A DNA stretch of 63,068 nt, counting the filler. It is 5 parts of 5 records of this genome, joined end to end, with 100 filler letters (N's around TTAATTAATTAA, not from the genome) between each part and the next. Parts side by side here need not be neighbours in the genome. Positions count along the whole stretch, not along the records: positions 12,156 to 31,459 come from DRR723986_10716; 4 more parts are not named here. The stretch is one strand, 5' to 3'. The position numbers and the translations under genes were made by a program. The notes under the pieces were generated by a model. The model made no database searches. It saw only the letters and a program-made list of their open reading frames with translations, and had not been told where the DNA came from. Position 1 is the first letter of the stretch, and each line of letters starts with the position of its first letter. Shown piece by piece: positions 18,610 to 28,871 of the stretch.

Positions 18610-19368
18610 TCAGCCCTGATAGGAATCGTTCAGCATCTTGAAGACCTGGTCGAAATTGCCGCTGGCTTCGGCGCCGCGCAGGAGTTTCGCGCGCTGGACG
18701 CAGACTTCCGCAGGCGTATCCTCGATGCCGAAACTCTCCATCGTTTCAGCGATGAAGTCTGCCAACGGCATGTAGCCTTCACGCGTTGATTGGCCAGGCG
18801 TGAGACCGGTCTGGACACCCGGCGGCGCAAGCTCGATCACCTCGACGGTCGTCTCGCGCAGTTGGTAGCGCAGCGACTGCGTCCAGGCATGCATGGCGGC
18901 TTTCGAGGCGCTGTAGGCAGGTGTATGGGCGAGCGGCACGAAGGCCAGGCCAGATGTGACATTGACGACCCGCGAGGACGCTTGAGCCCTGAGGTGCGGG
19001 AGCAGGGCAGCGGTCAGCCGGATCGGGCCGAGAATGTTGGTCACAACGGTGGCCTCTGCGACGGAGAGATCCATCGGGTCGGCCAGCCAGTCTTCCTTGG
19101 CCATGATGCCGGCATTGTTGAACAGAACGTTGAGCGCCGGGAAATCGCGGATCAGCTCCTTCGCGAAGCGGGCGATATCGGCGGCGTCCTGAACATCCAG
19201 CGTGCGCGCGTGCATGCCGTCGCGCCCATCAATGGTTTCTTCGAGGGTTTTGACGGTGCGGCCTGCGACGATCACTGTATTGCCGAGGGCATGGAAATCC
19301 CGGGCAAGTTCCCGGCCGATGCCTGATCCGCCGCCCGTCATCAGAATTGTATTGCCTGAAGTTTTCAT
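18610..19368 (-). CDS. Short-chain dehydrogenase/reductase (DltE-like)
   Basis: TGGGSGIG, NNAGI and catalytic YSASK motifs. Confidence 0.92.
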   Translation of the reverse strand: MKTSGNTILMTGGGSGIGRELARDFHALGNTVIVAGRTVKTLEETIDGRDGMHARTLDVQDAADIARFAKELIRDFPALNVLFNNAGIMAKEDWLADPMDLSVAEATVVTNILGPIRLTAALLPHLRAQASSRVVNVTSGLAFVPLAHTPAYSASKAAMHAWTQSLRYQLRETTVEVIELAPPGVQTGLTPGQSTREGYMPLADFIAETMESFGIEDTPAEVCVQRAKLLRGAEASGNFDQVFKMLNDSYQG

Positions 19369-19528
19369 GATCTCTCTCCTCATCCGCGGGATGGCCCCAT
19401 CGCAGGTAGATAAGGCGCGGCCCGACGTCTGGAAGAGGCGCCGGAAGTGCTATGCGGTCACAATAAAAGTGATTGGACACGATGATTCGTGCCGCCGGTG
19501 GCGCCTGGTATATCAGTGTACAGAGAAA

Positions 19529-20017
19529 TTAGAGCGGCTTCTCAAGGAACATCGCCTGGCCCATTTCCGGATCGAGCTCATAGGCTGCATAGCCGGCGGA
19601 CCCGTAGACATCGCGGGCGCGGGTGTTTCCGGAGAGGACTTCGAGCGTGAGCTTGCAGCAACCGCGCCGGCGCGCTTCAGTCTCGACGGCATCCAGCAGC
19701 ATCCTGCCGATTCCCTTGCCGCGGTGGTCAGCATGGACGGCAATATCGTGCACGTTCAGCAGCGGCTTGCAGGCAAAGGTCGAGAAGCCCTCGAACGCAT
19801 TCAGCACACCGGCTGGCACGCCGTCGTCAAAAGCAAGGAAGCTCACCGCGTGTGGCCGCTTCGCCAATTCTGCGGCGAGGTGTTGCCGCGTATGCGCGCT
19901 CAGCGGTTTGCCGCCGCCCATCGGGTCTCGCGCATAGGCGTCCAGCATGTCGACCAGTGCGGCAGCGTCCGCGGGGGCGCTGTAATCGACCTGCCGGATC
20001 GTGATACTCATAATCAT
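19529..20017 (-). CDS. GNAT family N-acetyltransferase
   Basis: YARDPMGGG, FSTFACKPLLNVHD, RGKGIG and GCCKLTLEV motifs. Confidence 0.9.
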   Translation of the reverse strand: MIMSITIRQVDYSAPADAAALVDMLDAYARDPMGGGKPLSAHTRQHLAAELAKRPHAVSFLAFDDGVPAGVLNAFEGFSTFACKPLLNVHDIAVHADHRGKGIGRMLLDAVETEARRRGCCKLTLEVLSGNTRARDVYGSAGYAAYELDPEMGQAMFLEKPL

Positions 20018-20370
20018 CCGCCGAGCAGGGTGGCCTGCACGTCCTTGCCCCAGCCGACATGCACGGCGCCGTCATTCTCGATGACCGGTCGCTTGATCAG
20101 GGTCGGATGCTTGGAGAGCAGGGCTTTTTCGCCATTCGTGCCAGCCTTTGCCTTTTCGGCATTGGTAAGGCTGCGCCAGGTGGCGGAGCTCTTGTTGACC
20201 AGCTTGTCCGGTGCAGCCTTCAGCCAGACCGGCAGCTTTGCGGACAGGTCCGCCTCGTCACGGATGTCGACAAATTTTACCTTGCTGCCGGCAGCTTCAA
20301 GTTCGCGTTTGGCTTTGCGGCAGGTGTCGCAATTCTTGAGTCCATAGAGGACGACCGCCGATCCGGGCAT
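20014..20370 (-). CDS. ArsC/Spx (YffB-like) family protein
   Basis: LYGLKNCDTCRKA..LVNKSSATWR..HPTLIKRPVI. Confidence 0.9.
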   Translation of the reverse strand: MPGSAVVLYGLKNCDTCRKAKRELEAAGSKVKFVDIRDEADLSAKLPVWLKAAPDKLVNKSSATWRSLTNAEKAKAGTNGEKALLSKHPTLIKRPVIENDGAVHVGWGKDVQATLLGG

Positions 20371-20473
20371 GCTCTCTCTCCGGTTAGAAAGAGGCGAGTC
20401 CCTATCCCCAAAGGCGAGTAGGCACAAGCTGCCAAACGCGCTGCGGTGCAGCACCTGACAGTGTTTTTTCAGA

Positions 20474-21232
20474 TCAGCCACCGTTCCGGGCAGGGCTGCG
20501 CACAATCGCGACGATCGGGCCCATGTCGGTGCCGCCATCATCCCGTCCGAGAGACGGCGCATAGAGCCGGGAGACCACGCCATCGAGATAGAGCGCGTCG
20601 GGCGTGCCGAGCCGGTCGCGGAAGAGACGGGCGAATGTGTCGAAGTTCACCGGTGCGTCGCTGATCGCGAACCAGAGCGTGTCGCCATCCGCGCTGAGGC
20701 CGACGCCATTGCGCCGCTTGCGGCTGGTGCCGTCCGGATTGAAGGCCGGATGCAGCGCGCCATCGATCACCAGCATCGGGCCGGACTGTGTGGCGAAGCG
20801 TGGGCCGGGGGAGAGGGCTTCATAAGCCAGCGTCTCGGTCACATGCGCGGCGCCATCCTCATCCACCCAGAACACGCCGTTCGGCAGCAGACCGAAATTG
20901 CCAGGTCCTGCGCGGGTGACCAGTCCGGCCTGTTGGTCGCCATTCTCGACATAGAGCCCGACCGGGCGACGGTCCTCATGGTACATGCCCGCATTCATCG
21001 CAAAGACGAGCTCGCCGCGATCGGCTGCGACGGCGCCTGCCAGACGGTCGAAGTCCGCAAACGGCGTGCCATCGGCATGGGTGTGAAAAAGGGCCAGGCC
21101 CGGATCGTCCGCCGCAAATTGGCAGACGGTGAAAGGCTGGTCCTCGAACCGGATCGCCTCGCAGGCCTGCGCCGTCTCCTCCCGGCAGGCGGGAAGCAGG
21201 AGCAACAGGAAGAGGATCGGCCAGATGCGCAT
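20474..21232 (-). CDS. Phosphodiester glycosidase (YigE/NAGPA-like) family lipoprotein
   Basis: Lipobox LPAC, FAMNAGMYH, GNFGLLPNGVF, ATQSGPMLV, RNGVG and ALYLDG motifs. Confidence 0.85.
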   Translation of the reverse strand: MRIWPILFLLLLLPACREETAQACEAIRFEDQPFTVCQFAADDPGLALFHTHADGTPFADFDRLAGAVAADRGELVFAMNAGMYHEDRRPVGLYVENGDQQAGLVTRAGPGNFGLLPNGVFWVDEDGAAHVTETLAYEALSPGPRFATQSGPMLVIDGALHPAFNPDGTSRKRRNGVGLSADGDTLWFAISDAPVNFDTFARLFRDRLGTPDALYLDGVVSRLYAPSLGRDDGGTDMGPIVAIVRSPARNGG

Positions 21233-21294
21233 GAGCGCAACCTATCCATCCTCCTGAACGCCTTCCAGAGGCCGTTATCAGCCCGCCACGACTT

Positions 21295-21360
21295 TTTCGA
21301 TATATCTATATATTGTATTTACGATATATCTAAATTATATGCCATTCAGATATATCGAAA
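21295..21360. promoter_or_regulatory. Three GATATATC palindromes, a probable PadR operator array
   Basis: GATATATC at 21299, 21323 and 21349. The outer two form a 13-bp inverted repeat (TTTCGATATATCT / AGATATATCGAAA) in an AT-rich island before the PadR gene. Confidence 0.75.
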
Positions 21361-21369
21361 GGATACAAA

Positions 21370-22008
21370 ATGAGATATCGAAACAGACAATCAAATCGCG
21401 GTGCCGGCGTGCACATCTTTGTCGACCAGGGCGAAGACTGTGTTGGCGGCTGCAATGACCGGAAGGGATGGGGCATGCGCCAGGGACGAGGTGGACGCGG
21501 ATTCGGACGCGGGCAGGGGAGAGGCCCTGGCGGTGGCCGTGGCCGCCGCCGCCCGCTGGATCATGGCGATCTCCGCCTCCTCATTTTGAAACTGATCTCG
21601 GAAGAGCCGCGCCACGGCTATGAGATGATCCGCGAGATCGAGGCCCGCACCGGCGGCGCCTATGTGCCGAGCCCCGGCGTCATCTATCCGGCGCTGGAAG
21701 CGTTGCTGGATCTCGGCTGGGTCCATGCCGAGGCAGACGGATCGCGCCGGTCATTCAAGCTGACCGATGAAGGCGAAGCCGAACTCGAAGCCGAAGCTGC
21801 GACGCTGGCACGGATCGAACTGAGGCTGGCGGATCTGCTGGGCAGCGACCGGCCGGAAGACCCGCTGGACGTACGCGGGGCCATGTGGCGCCTTCGCCAT
21901 GCCGTGCGCGAAGCCGTTCGGGCGCACCCGGAGGAACCGGCCCGCCGCAAGGCCGTCGCGGACATCCTGACCGAAGCGCAGGAAAAAATCGCCCGCCTCG
22001 AAGACTAA
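21370..22008 (+). CDS. PadR family transcriptional regulator (YqjI-like)
   Basis: Gly/Arg-rich N-terminus, then HGDLRLLIL..PRHGYEMI..YVPSPGVIYPAL. Confidence 0.9.
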   Translation: MRYRNRQSNRGAGVHIFVDQGEDCVGGCNDRKGWGMRQGRGGRGFGRGQGRGPGGGRGRRRPLDHGDLRLLILKLISEEPRHGYEMIREIEARTGGAYVPSPGVIYPALEALLDLGWVHAEADGSRRSFKLTDEGEAELEAEAATLARIELRLADLLGSDRPEDPLDVRGAMWRLRHAVREAVRAHPEEPARRKAVADILTEAQEKIARLED

Positions 22009-22104
22009 CACTCAGGAACGGGCCGAGGCGGGCTGAACCTGCCGATTGACCTGCCCTCTGATCCTGTGAAGACTGAAACAGGAACTCCGGATCAGAGGGC
22101 GGGC

Positions 22105-23601
22105 ATGGTTCAGTCAATCTTGGTCGTGGGCGGCGGCAGCGCTGGCTGGATCACGGCCAATCTGCTCAACGCGCATATTCGCCGCGCCGGCCGGTCGACG
22201 ACTGTCACGCTGGTCGAATCTCCCGACATTCCCACCATCGGCGTGGGGGAGGCGACGGTGCCGACCATCCGGCGGACTCTCAGCGATATTGGCCTGCCGG
22301 AACAGGACCTTCTGGTTTCGGCAGAGGCAACCTTCAAGACGCTGATCCGGTTTCGGGACTGGAATCCGGGAGAGAGTTACGACCATCCATTCGACCGGCG
22401 CCAGCGCCCGCATACGGATGCGGCGGTCAGGGGCTGGACGGCACAGAATGGCCAGGCCTTCGACCGGGCCTTTTCAGCGCTCACCCAGCTGGCAGACTTC
22501 AATATCGCCCCGAAATCCCCGCATACGCCTCAATATCGCGGCAATTTTCCGTATGCCTACCACCTCGATGCGATCAAGCTGGCGAAGCGCTTGTCGGAAT
22601 TCGGACAGGCGCGCGGCATCCGCCACAAGCTTGCCAATATCACGGATGTGAAAGTGTCCCCTGAAGAGCAGATCTACTCGTTGGAGACAGATCAGGGTGA
22701 GACGCTGACGGCAGATCTCTATGTCGATTGTACCGGCTTCCGCTCCGCCCTACTGGGCAAGGCGCTGGACGTGCCGATGAAATCCTATGCCAAATATCTC
22801 TTGTGCGACCGCGCCGTAACGATGCGCGTGCCTTATGAGGTCTACAGGCCGGAGCGGATCCTGACCTACACGCTTGCCACCGCGCGCGAGGCGGGCTGGC
22901 AATGGGACATCAACCTGCAGTCCCGCCGCGGCATCGGCTATGTCTATTCCAGCCAGTTTCTCAGTGATGATGCGGCCGAAGCGGCGCTACGCAGATATGA
23001 GGGCCCGCATAGCGACACGCTGGAAGCACGGCATATCAAATTCACCAGCGGCAAGCGCGAGATGAGCTGGAAGGGCAATTGCGTGGCCGTGGGGCTCAGC
23101 GATGGTTTCCTCGAGCCACTGGAATCGTCCGGCCTCTACTTCATCGAATTTGCCGCCCTCGCCATTGCCAGCATGCTGGAAGACTATGCTGGCGCGCCGG
23201 AGGCGACCGTGCGTTACTATAACCGGATCAGCAATGAACTGTTCCAGGAGATCCTGGGCTTCATCAATTTGCACTATGTGACGTCCAAACGCCGGGATAC
23301 ACCGTTCTGGCAGGCGGCAACAGCGGACGAGGCGATCCTCGACGATCTGCGCGACCGGCTGGAACTGTGGAAGCGGCGTTCCCCCACACAGTTCGACTTT
23401 CCGGGGGCAGACAGGCTGTTCGCGCAGGACAGCTACGAGTTCATCCTGCATGGCATGAAATATGTCGAAGGCCCCGCAGGCACGGCGGTGCTGCCGCCGG
23501 ATCTCAGCGGGGTTGTGGCAAAAAGCCGGAGCGAATTGCCTGAGCACGAGGCTTTTCTTGCGCTGGTGGAGCGGGCGGCTGCCGCGCGCCCGGCAGGCTG
23601 A
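22105..23601 (+). CDS. Flavin-dependent halogenase, tryptophan halogenase family
   Basis: GGGSAGW, IGVGEAT, ATFK (catalytic Lys position), YAYHLDA, DCTGF, WQWDIN and FLEPLESSG motifs. Confidence 0.9.
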   Translation: MVQSILVVGGGSAGWITANLLNAHIRRAGRSTTVTLVESPDIPTIGVGEATVPTIRRTLSDIGLPEQDLLVSAEATFKTLIRFRDWNPGESYDHPFDRRQRPHTDAAVRGWTAQNGQAFDRAFSALTQLADFNIAPKSPHTPQYRGNFPYAYHLDAIKLAKRLSEFGQARGIRHKLANITDVKVSPEEQIYSLETDQGETLTADLYVDCTGFRSALLGKALDVPMKSYAKYLLCDRAVTMRVPYEVYRPERILTYTLATAREAGWQWDINLQSRRGIGYVYSSQFLSDDAAEAALRRYEGPHSDTLEARHIKFTSGKREMSWKGNCVAVGLSDGFLEPLESSGLYFIEFAALAIASMLEDYAGAPEATVRYYNRISNELFQEILGFINLHYVTSKRRDTPFWQAATADEAILDDLRDRLELWKRRSPTQFDFPGADRLFAQDSYEFILHGMKYVEGPAGTAVLPPDLSGVVAKSRSELPEHEAFLALVERAAAARPAG

Positions 23602-24777
23602 TCAGCCTTCGGTCGCGCCGCCAGCCTCGGCGGCGAGCGCTTCGCGGCGCTTTTCGGCGGCAGATTTTTTGACGCTTTCAGAGCGCAACTGGCCGCAGGC
23701 CGCAAGGATGTCACGTCCGCGCGGCGTACGGATCGGGCTGGCATAACCGGCCCGGTTCAGCACTTCAGCAAACGCCTCGATCGTTTCCCAGTCGGAGCAT
23801 TCATACGGGCTGCCCGGCCACGGATTGAACGGGATCAAATTGATCTTCGCCGGAACGCCCTTCAGCAGCCGGACAAGGTTACGCGCCTCGGCCAGAGTGT
23901 CGTTGACGCCTTTCAGCATGACATATTCGAACGTCACGCGTTTCGAATTGCTCAGGTCCGGATAGGCGCGGATCGCTTCGAACAGGGTCTGCAGATCATA
24001 TTTGCGGTTAATCGGCACGATCTCATTGCGCAGGTCATCATTCGTCGCGTGCAGCGAGATGGCGAGCGCCGCATTGGTGCGGTGGCCGAGTTCCGGAATC
24101 TTCGGCGCCACGCCTGCGGTCGACACCGTAATGCGGCGGCGGCCGATGGCGATGCCGTCCCCGTCGGAAATCGTGTCGATCGCCTCGGCGACATTGTCGA
24201 GATTGTAGAGCGGCTCGCCCATGCCCATGAAGACGATATTGGTCAGGCGGCGGTTCTCGGTCGAGGTTGGCCATTCGCCCAGCTCGTCGCGCGCGATCAG
24301 CACCTGCGCGACGATCTCCTGAGCCGTCAGGTTGCGGACGAGTTTCTGCGTGCCGGTATGACAGAAAGTGCAGTTCAGCGTGCAGCCGACCTGGCTGGAC
24401 ACGCACAGCGCCCCCGCCTTGCCTACATCCGGGATGAAAACGCTTTCGCCTTCGATGCCGGGCCCGAACCGGGTCAGCCATTTCTGGGTCCCGTCGCGCG
24501 ACACCTGATGATCGGCGATTTTAGGGCGGTTGAGGATGTAGCGTTCCGCCAGCTGGGCGCGCAGCTCCTTCGCCACATCGGTCATCTCGGCAAAGTCCTG
24601 CGTGCCGAAATGATGAATCCAGCGGCGCAGCTGCTTGGCGCGCATGCCCGATTTCCTCGGATCGACACCCATGGCTTCCATCTCCGCCTTCAGCGCAGGC
24701 AGGCTCAGCCCGGCCAGAGACGGCAGGGCAGCAGGGGCCGCGTCAGGGCGGCGGGAGAGGTCCAGTTCGATCTTCAT
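23602..24777 (-). CDS. rlmN: 23S rRNA (adenine2503-C2)-methyltransferase RlmN
   Basis: [15 protein letters not shown] radical-SAM motif, [10 protein letters not shown] and DILAACGQL. Confidence 0.96.
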   Translation of the reverse strand: MKIELDLSRRPDAAPAALPSLAGLSLPALKAEMEAMGVDPRKSGMRAKQLRRWIHHFGTQDFAEMTDVAKELRAQLAERYILNRPKIADHQVSRDGTQKWLTRFGPGIEGESVFIPDVGKAGALCVSSQVGCTLNCTFCHTGTQKLVRNLTAQEIVAQVLIARDELGEWPTSTENRRLTNIVFMGMGEPLYNLDNVAEAIDTISDGDGIAIGRRRITVSTAGVAPKIPELGHRTNAALAISLHATNDDLRNEIVPINRKYDLQTLFEAIRAYPDLSNSKRVTFEYVMLKGVNDTLAEARNLVRLLKGVPAKINLIPFNPWPGSPYECSDWETIEAFAEVLNRAGYASPIRTPRGRDILAACGQLRSESVKKSAAEKRREALAAEAGGATEG

Positions 24778-24948
24778 TTCGCGGGGCCTATATCACGGTT
24801 GGGTGACAGGCGGAAACCACCAGCACAGCTTTGGTTCACAAGGGGTTCATCCCATCGCCCTCAAAAAGCCACGAGCGGAACATATGATTTCGCCGCGCGT
24901 TGATACGCGTCCCGAAAAGTGGGCTGATCCAGATATGGAGCTGATATT

Positions 24949-25587
24949 ATGAAACGTCTCGCCATTGCCGTCTGTGCTGTCTCAATGCTCGCCGCCTGTG
25001 CGGAAGGGCCCAGCCGTAACGTTTGGACCGGTGCCGCAGCCGGCGCGATCCTCGGAGCCGGAGCCGGTACGCTCGCAGGCGGGGACGACGGCCGCAATGC
25101 CGCAATCGGTGCAGCAGTGGGCGCGATCGCCGGCGCTGCCGTCGGTGATTACATGGACAAGCAGGAACGCGCGCTGCGCGAACAGACCGCCGGCACTGGT
25201 ATCGGTGTTGAGCGCCAGGGCGACCAGATCGCGCTGACCATGCCGTCCAACATCACATTCGATGTCGACAGCTCGACCATCAAACCGGGCTTCTATGCCA
25301 CGCTGAACGATGTCGCCACGACGCTGGTCGACTATCCGTCGACGGCTGTGGACGTCATTGGCCACGCGTCTTCGGATGGCCCGGATGACTACAACATGCA
25401 GCTGTCGCAGCGCCGCGCGGTTTCCGTGCAGAACTACCTCGTCAGCCAGGGCGTTGCCTCGGTCCGCATGCGCGCCATCGGCATGGGAGAAACCCAGCCG
25501 ATTGCCGACAACTCAACCGCTGAAGGCCGCGCTGCCAACCGCCGCGTCGAGATCATCCTGACGCCGGTGACGCAGGATAGCTACTAA
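24949..25587 (+). CDS. OmpA family lipoprotein with glycine zipper (YiaD-like)
   Basis: Lipobox LAAC, GAAAGA..GAAVGA zipper, YMDKQE, YNMQLSQRRA and NRRVEI. Confidence 0.92.
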   Translation: MKRLAIAVCAVSMLAACAEGPSRNVWTGAAAGAILGAGAGTLAGGDDGRNAAIGAAVGAIAGAAVGDYMDKQERALREQTAGTGIGVERQGDQIALTMPSNITFDVDSSTIKPGFYATLNDVATTLVDYPSTAVDVIGHASSDGPDDYNMQLSQRRAVSVQNYLVSQGVASVRMRAIGMGETQPIADNSTAEGRAANRRVEIILTPVTQDSY

Positions 25588-25621
25588 GCTGCCTCACCCG
25601 ATTGAGGGTGCGAGATAAAAG

Positions 25622-25654
25622 AAAGGCCAGCCGAGTGCTTCGGCTGGCCTTTTT
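25622..25654 (+). terminator. Rho-independent terminator
   Basis: AAAGGCCAGCCGA-GTGCT-TCGGCTGGCCTTTTT. Confidence 0.85.
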
Positions 25655-25733
25655 CTTTGGCCTTTTTCAGGCAGGACTCTACGCGACTTCTGTGTCCGGA
25701 AAGTCTATACACATTTCCAGCAAGGGGACGCTC

Positions 25734-26363
25734 ATGATCAACGAAGACGCCCCTGTGCAGAACCCGCGGGGAAAATTCGGCAAGTCCGGACCCTATCGGG
25801 GCGCCTTTTCCGAAGGGATCCGGGGAATTTCCTGGCTGTGTCTGAAAGCGGCTGGCTGGCATGTCGCTACGGACTGGCCGGATGTGCCAAAGTCGGTCGT
25901 GATCGCAGCCCCCCACACATCGAATTTTGACGGCCTTCTGATGCTCGCCATAGCAGGCTGGTACCGGCAAAAGCTCAGCTGGATGGGCAAGGCCTCGCTT
26001 GTCTCAGGCCCCTTCGGTGGGCTCGTGCGCCGGGCAGGGTGCGTGCCGGTCGACCGGTCGAAATCCGGCGATGTCGTCACACTGATGCGGGAAACCTTCG
26101 AGCAGGCCGCCTCCCTCCACCTTGCCATTTCACCGGAAGGCACGCGGAATGCGAATGCCAACTGGAAAACCGGCTTCTGGCATATCGCGAAATCGGCCGG
26201 TGTGCCGATGCTGATCGCGGTCTTGGACTTCGGGACAAGGGAAATGCGGTTAGAAGGGCCGATAATGCCGGGCGAAGACATCGGCGCAGACATGGCCGAG
26301 ATCGTCGGGTACTATCGCGATGCTGAAGGAAAGCACCCGGAAAAATTCGTCCTGCCGGAGTGA
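25734..26363 (+). CDS. 1-acyl-sn-glycerol-3-phosphate acyltransferase family protein
   Basis: APHTSNFD (HxxxxD), PVDR, SPEGTR and WKTGFWHIA motifs. Confidence 0.88.
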   Translation: MINEDAPVQNPRGKFGKSGPYRGAFSEGIRGISWLCLKAAGWHVATDWPDVPKSVVIAAPHTSNFDGLLMLAIAGWYRQKLSWMGKASLVSGPFGGLVRRAGCVPVDRSKSGDVVTLMRETFEQAASLHLAISPEGTRNANANWKTGFWHIAKSAGVPMLIAVLDFGTREMRLEGPIMPGEDIGADMAEIVGYYRDAEGKHPEKFVLPE

Positions 26364-26367
26364 GGCA

Positions 26368-26901
26368 TCAGCGGCAGGTGGCGGCAGCCTTGTCAATGGC
26401 GGCGGCAGAACCGCTCAGCGAGAAATGATAGGCGACCTGCGTGTTCCTCGCCGACACGGCCTGAACGCGCAGCTCCGAGCCTTTCTTCAGTGCCGTGACG
26501 ATGCGGGAATCGTCGGAATCGTCGGCAAAGGCTTCGCGGCCAACGGCGAACAGCGTCCAGCTGGACCGGCCGACCTGCGCTTTCGGGGCCATGTCTTCGC
26601 GCAGATTGTAGCCAACCTTGAGGCTTGGCTGGTTGCGGGCACGGCCGGATTTCCAGCTCGTCACATAAAACCAGACATCGCCATGGTCGGCATTCTTCGG
26701 CGCCTTGTCGGTGGCCGGGGTTGCCGCATAGCAGATCGTTTCGCCGCCGGTCGTGTCGGTGAAGACCGACCAGTCCTTGTAGCGGCCCACAGCTGCAGGC
26801 TCAGCGGACGCAAGCGGGGCAGCGAGGAGGACGGCGGCAGCCAGCAGGCCGGAAAGGCGGAGGCCCGAAAATCGAAGGGAAGGGGTCATAAATGTATGCA
26901 T
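26368..26901 (-). CDS. Invasion associated locus B (IalB) family secreted protein
   Basis: Signal peptide, YKDWSVF..CYA and FSLSGSAAAIDKAAATC. Start may be 26889. Confidence 0.8.
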   Translation of the reverse strand: MHTFMTPSLRFSGLRLSGLLAAAVLLAAPLASAEPAAVGRYKDWSVFTDTTGGETICYAATPATDKAPKNADHGDVWFYVTSWKSGRARNQPSLKVGYNLREDMAPKAQVGRSSWTLFAVGREAFADDSDDSRIVTALKKGSELRVQAVSARNTQVAYHFSLSGSAAAIDKAAATCR

Positions 26902-27083
26902 CTTCTATACAGCGTCTCGTCCGGTTCGGTTTCTGCCGCCATTCTAGGTGTCATAGAGTTAAGGCCAAACTTCGGCAAACTGAATGACGTGGCTGTGGCG
27001 GCCGATTTCTGTAAATGCACCTTTGCACAAAAGGTGTGAGCGCCGGATGAACCCCGCTGTTGTTTGCGGTTCACGCGAACGGA

Positions 27084-27584
27084 TCAGCCCGGCAGCTTGC
27101 CATCGCCCGGAACACCGCCCGGCATGATGGGGCGCGGGGCATAGGCGCCGAGAGCGAGATGGCGGTCATACATGACCAGCGCGCCTGCGAGGCTTAGATT
27201 GATGCAGAACTTGGTCGGGATCTTCACGACATGGTCGCAGCGGGCAATCGTCTCCGGCGACAGGCTGCCGCGCTCCGGGCCTAGGATATAGGCCGCCTGC
27301 ACCGGATGGCGGAAGGTTGGCAGCATCACGGCCTCGTCGGTCAGCTCCACGCCGACCAGCTGGCAGCCGCGCGGCAGCTGCATCTCGTCGATCGTGTCAT
27401 ACTGGTAGTAGGGGATATGCCCCGCCGTCTTGGACGTGTCGGCGGCATAGGCCGCCCGCAGGCGGTGCTCTGCGTCGATGGAGAAGAAAAAGCTCGCGCC
27501 AAACGCATTCGCCGTCCGCATCAGCGCGCCGAGATTCATGGCCTTGGAGATCCGCTCCGACCCGATGGCGAAATAACCGCGCAT
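27084..27584 (-). CDS. SpoU/TrmH family RNA methyltransferase
   Basis: NLGALMRTANAFGA, ILGPERGSLS and FCINLSLAG SPOUT motifs. Confidence 0.9.
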   Translation of the reverse strand: MRGYFAIGSERISKAMNLGALMRTANAFGASFFFSIDAEHRLRAAYAADTSKTAGHIPYYQYDTIDEMQLPRGCQLVGVELTDEAVMLPTFRHPVQAAYILGPERGSLSPETIARCDHVVKIPTKFCINLSLAGALVMYDRHLALGAYAPRPIMPGGVPGDGKLPG

Positions 27585-27588
27585 GGGC

Positions 27589-27909
27589 TCAGAACGCTCT
27601 CGCAATGAAGCGCAGATAGGCAAGAGAGAGAAGAATGGCCATCGGCGCTGTATAAGTCACCCGCCGGGCGAGGCGCAAATGCGAGATCGGCGCAGGGTAG
27701 GTCTCAGCCAGCCAGGCGGTGTGCTCGCCGATCTCTGCCGACGTGCCGACCGCCGCAATGGCGGCGCGGTAGATGGTGTCTCGATAGTCGCCGCCGAATT
27801 TCTCTGCCAGCGCCCGGCGCAGCGACACCGAGATCAGCATCCGCATCTGCGCCGCCAGCACCAGGGCGAAACCGGTCACGCCCAGAACGATCCAGCCGGC
27901 GATGATCAT
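27589..27909 (-). CDS. Hypothetical membrane protein
   Basis: 106 aa with two hydrophobic segments; ATGA overlap with the upstream gene. Confidence 0.65.
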   Translation of the reverse strand: MIIAGWIVLGVTGFALVLAAQMRMLISVSLRRALAEKFGGDYRDTIYRAAIAAVGTSAEIGEHTAWLAETYPAPISHLRLARRVTYTAPMAILLSLAYLRFIARAF

Positions 27910-28775
27910 GCGAAGGTTGCCACTTCGAACCGGCCGTCGGCATCCATGATGCCGCGCTTCAGGCCGCCGGAATTGGAGCCTGTGATCAGTGTTCCGTCGG
28001 CGCCGACGGCGATCATGCCGCCTTCGCCGCCGAGGTGTTTCACATCGTCCAGTGCGCCCTGCACGGCGTCTTCCAGCGAGGCGCCGCCATAGCGGATCCG
28101 GGCGGAAACGTCTGCGGCGGCGGCCGCGCGGATGAAATACTCGCCGAGGCCCGTACAGGAGATGGCGCAGCGCTCATCCGCCCAGGTGCCGGCCCCGATC
28201 AGGGGCGTATCGCCCACCCGGCCGGGGGTCTTGGACTTCACCCCGCCGGTGGAGGTGGCGGCCGCGAGGTCGCCATACTGGTCCAGCACCACCGCGCCGA
28301 CCGTGCCCATGGCCCGGGCCGGCAGCAGGCAGCGCTCTTCCACCGGCTGGTAATAGGTATCAGGGTCGCGCACTTCCGGCAGGCCGTATTCCGTCGCCAG
28401 CGCCCAGGCGCCTTCGCCTGCGATCAGTACGTGCGGCGTGCGCTCCATGACGATCCGGGCCGCAGCGATGGGGCTGATGATGCCGGAGAGGGCCGCAACC
28501 GCCCCGGCATTACGGGTGCGCCCGTCCATGATGGCGGCGTCCAACTCATATCGCCCATCCGTATTGGGCGCAGCGCCCTTGCCGGCCAGGTGCAGGCCGG
28601 ACTCTTCCAGCGCCGCGACCATGGCCTCCACAACGTCCAGCGCGGCCACGCCAGCGGCCAGCCGCTTGCCGCCTTCGCGCAGCAGCTCGGCCATGTGCGC
28701 TTCTTCGCGCGAATAGTCGCGCCCGAAAACCGGTCCGGCGCCGCCATGCAGGGCGATGGCCCATTTCCTCGCCAT
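27906..28775 (-). CDS. iaaA: Isoaspartyl peptidase / L-asparaginase (Ntn hydrolase)
   Basis: IALHGGAG, ELDAAIMDG, GTVGAV (nucleophile Thr), ATSTGG and GRVGDTPLIGAG. Confidence 0.88.
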   Translation of the reverse strand: MARKWAIALHGGAGPVFGRDYSREEAHMAELLREGGKRLAAGVAALDVVEAMVAALEESGLHLAGKGAAPNTDGRYELDAAIMDGRTRNAGAVAALSGIISPIAAARIVMERTPHVLIAGEGAWALATEYGLPEVRDPDTYYQPVEERCLLPARAMGTVGAVVLDQYGDLAAATSTGGVKSKTPGRVGDTPLIGAGTWADERCAISCTGLGEYFIRAAAAADVSARIRYGGASLEDAVQGALDDVKHLGGEGGMIAVGADGTLITGSNSGGLKRGIMDADGRFEVATFA

Positions 28776-28871
28776 AGCTGGTAATACTCCCTTACGTCAG
28801 GCTTGGATTATGAAGGCCACACCGCTACCGTCTGGCGCAGCAAACAACAAGACAGGAAGGGAAGCGCGCTC

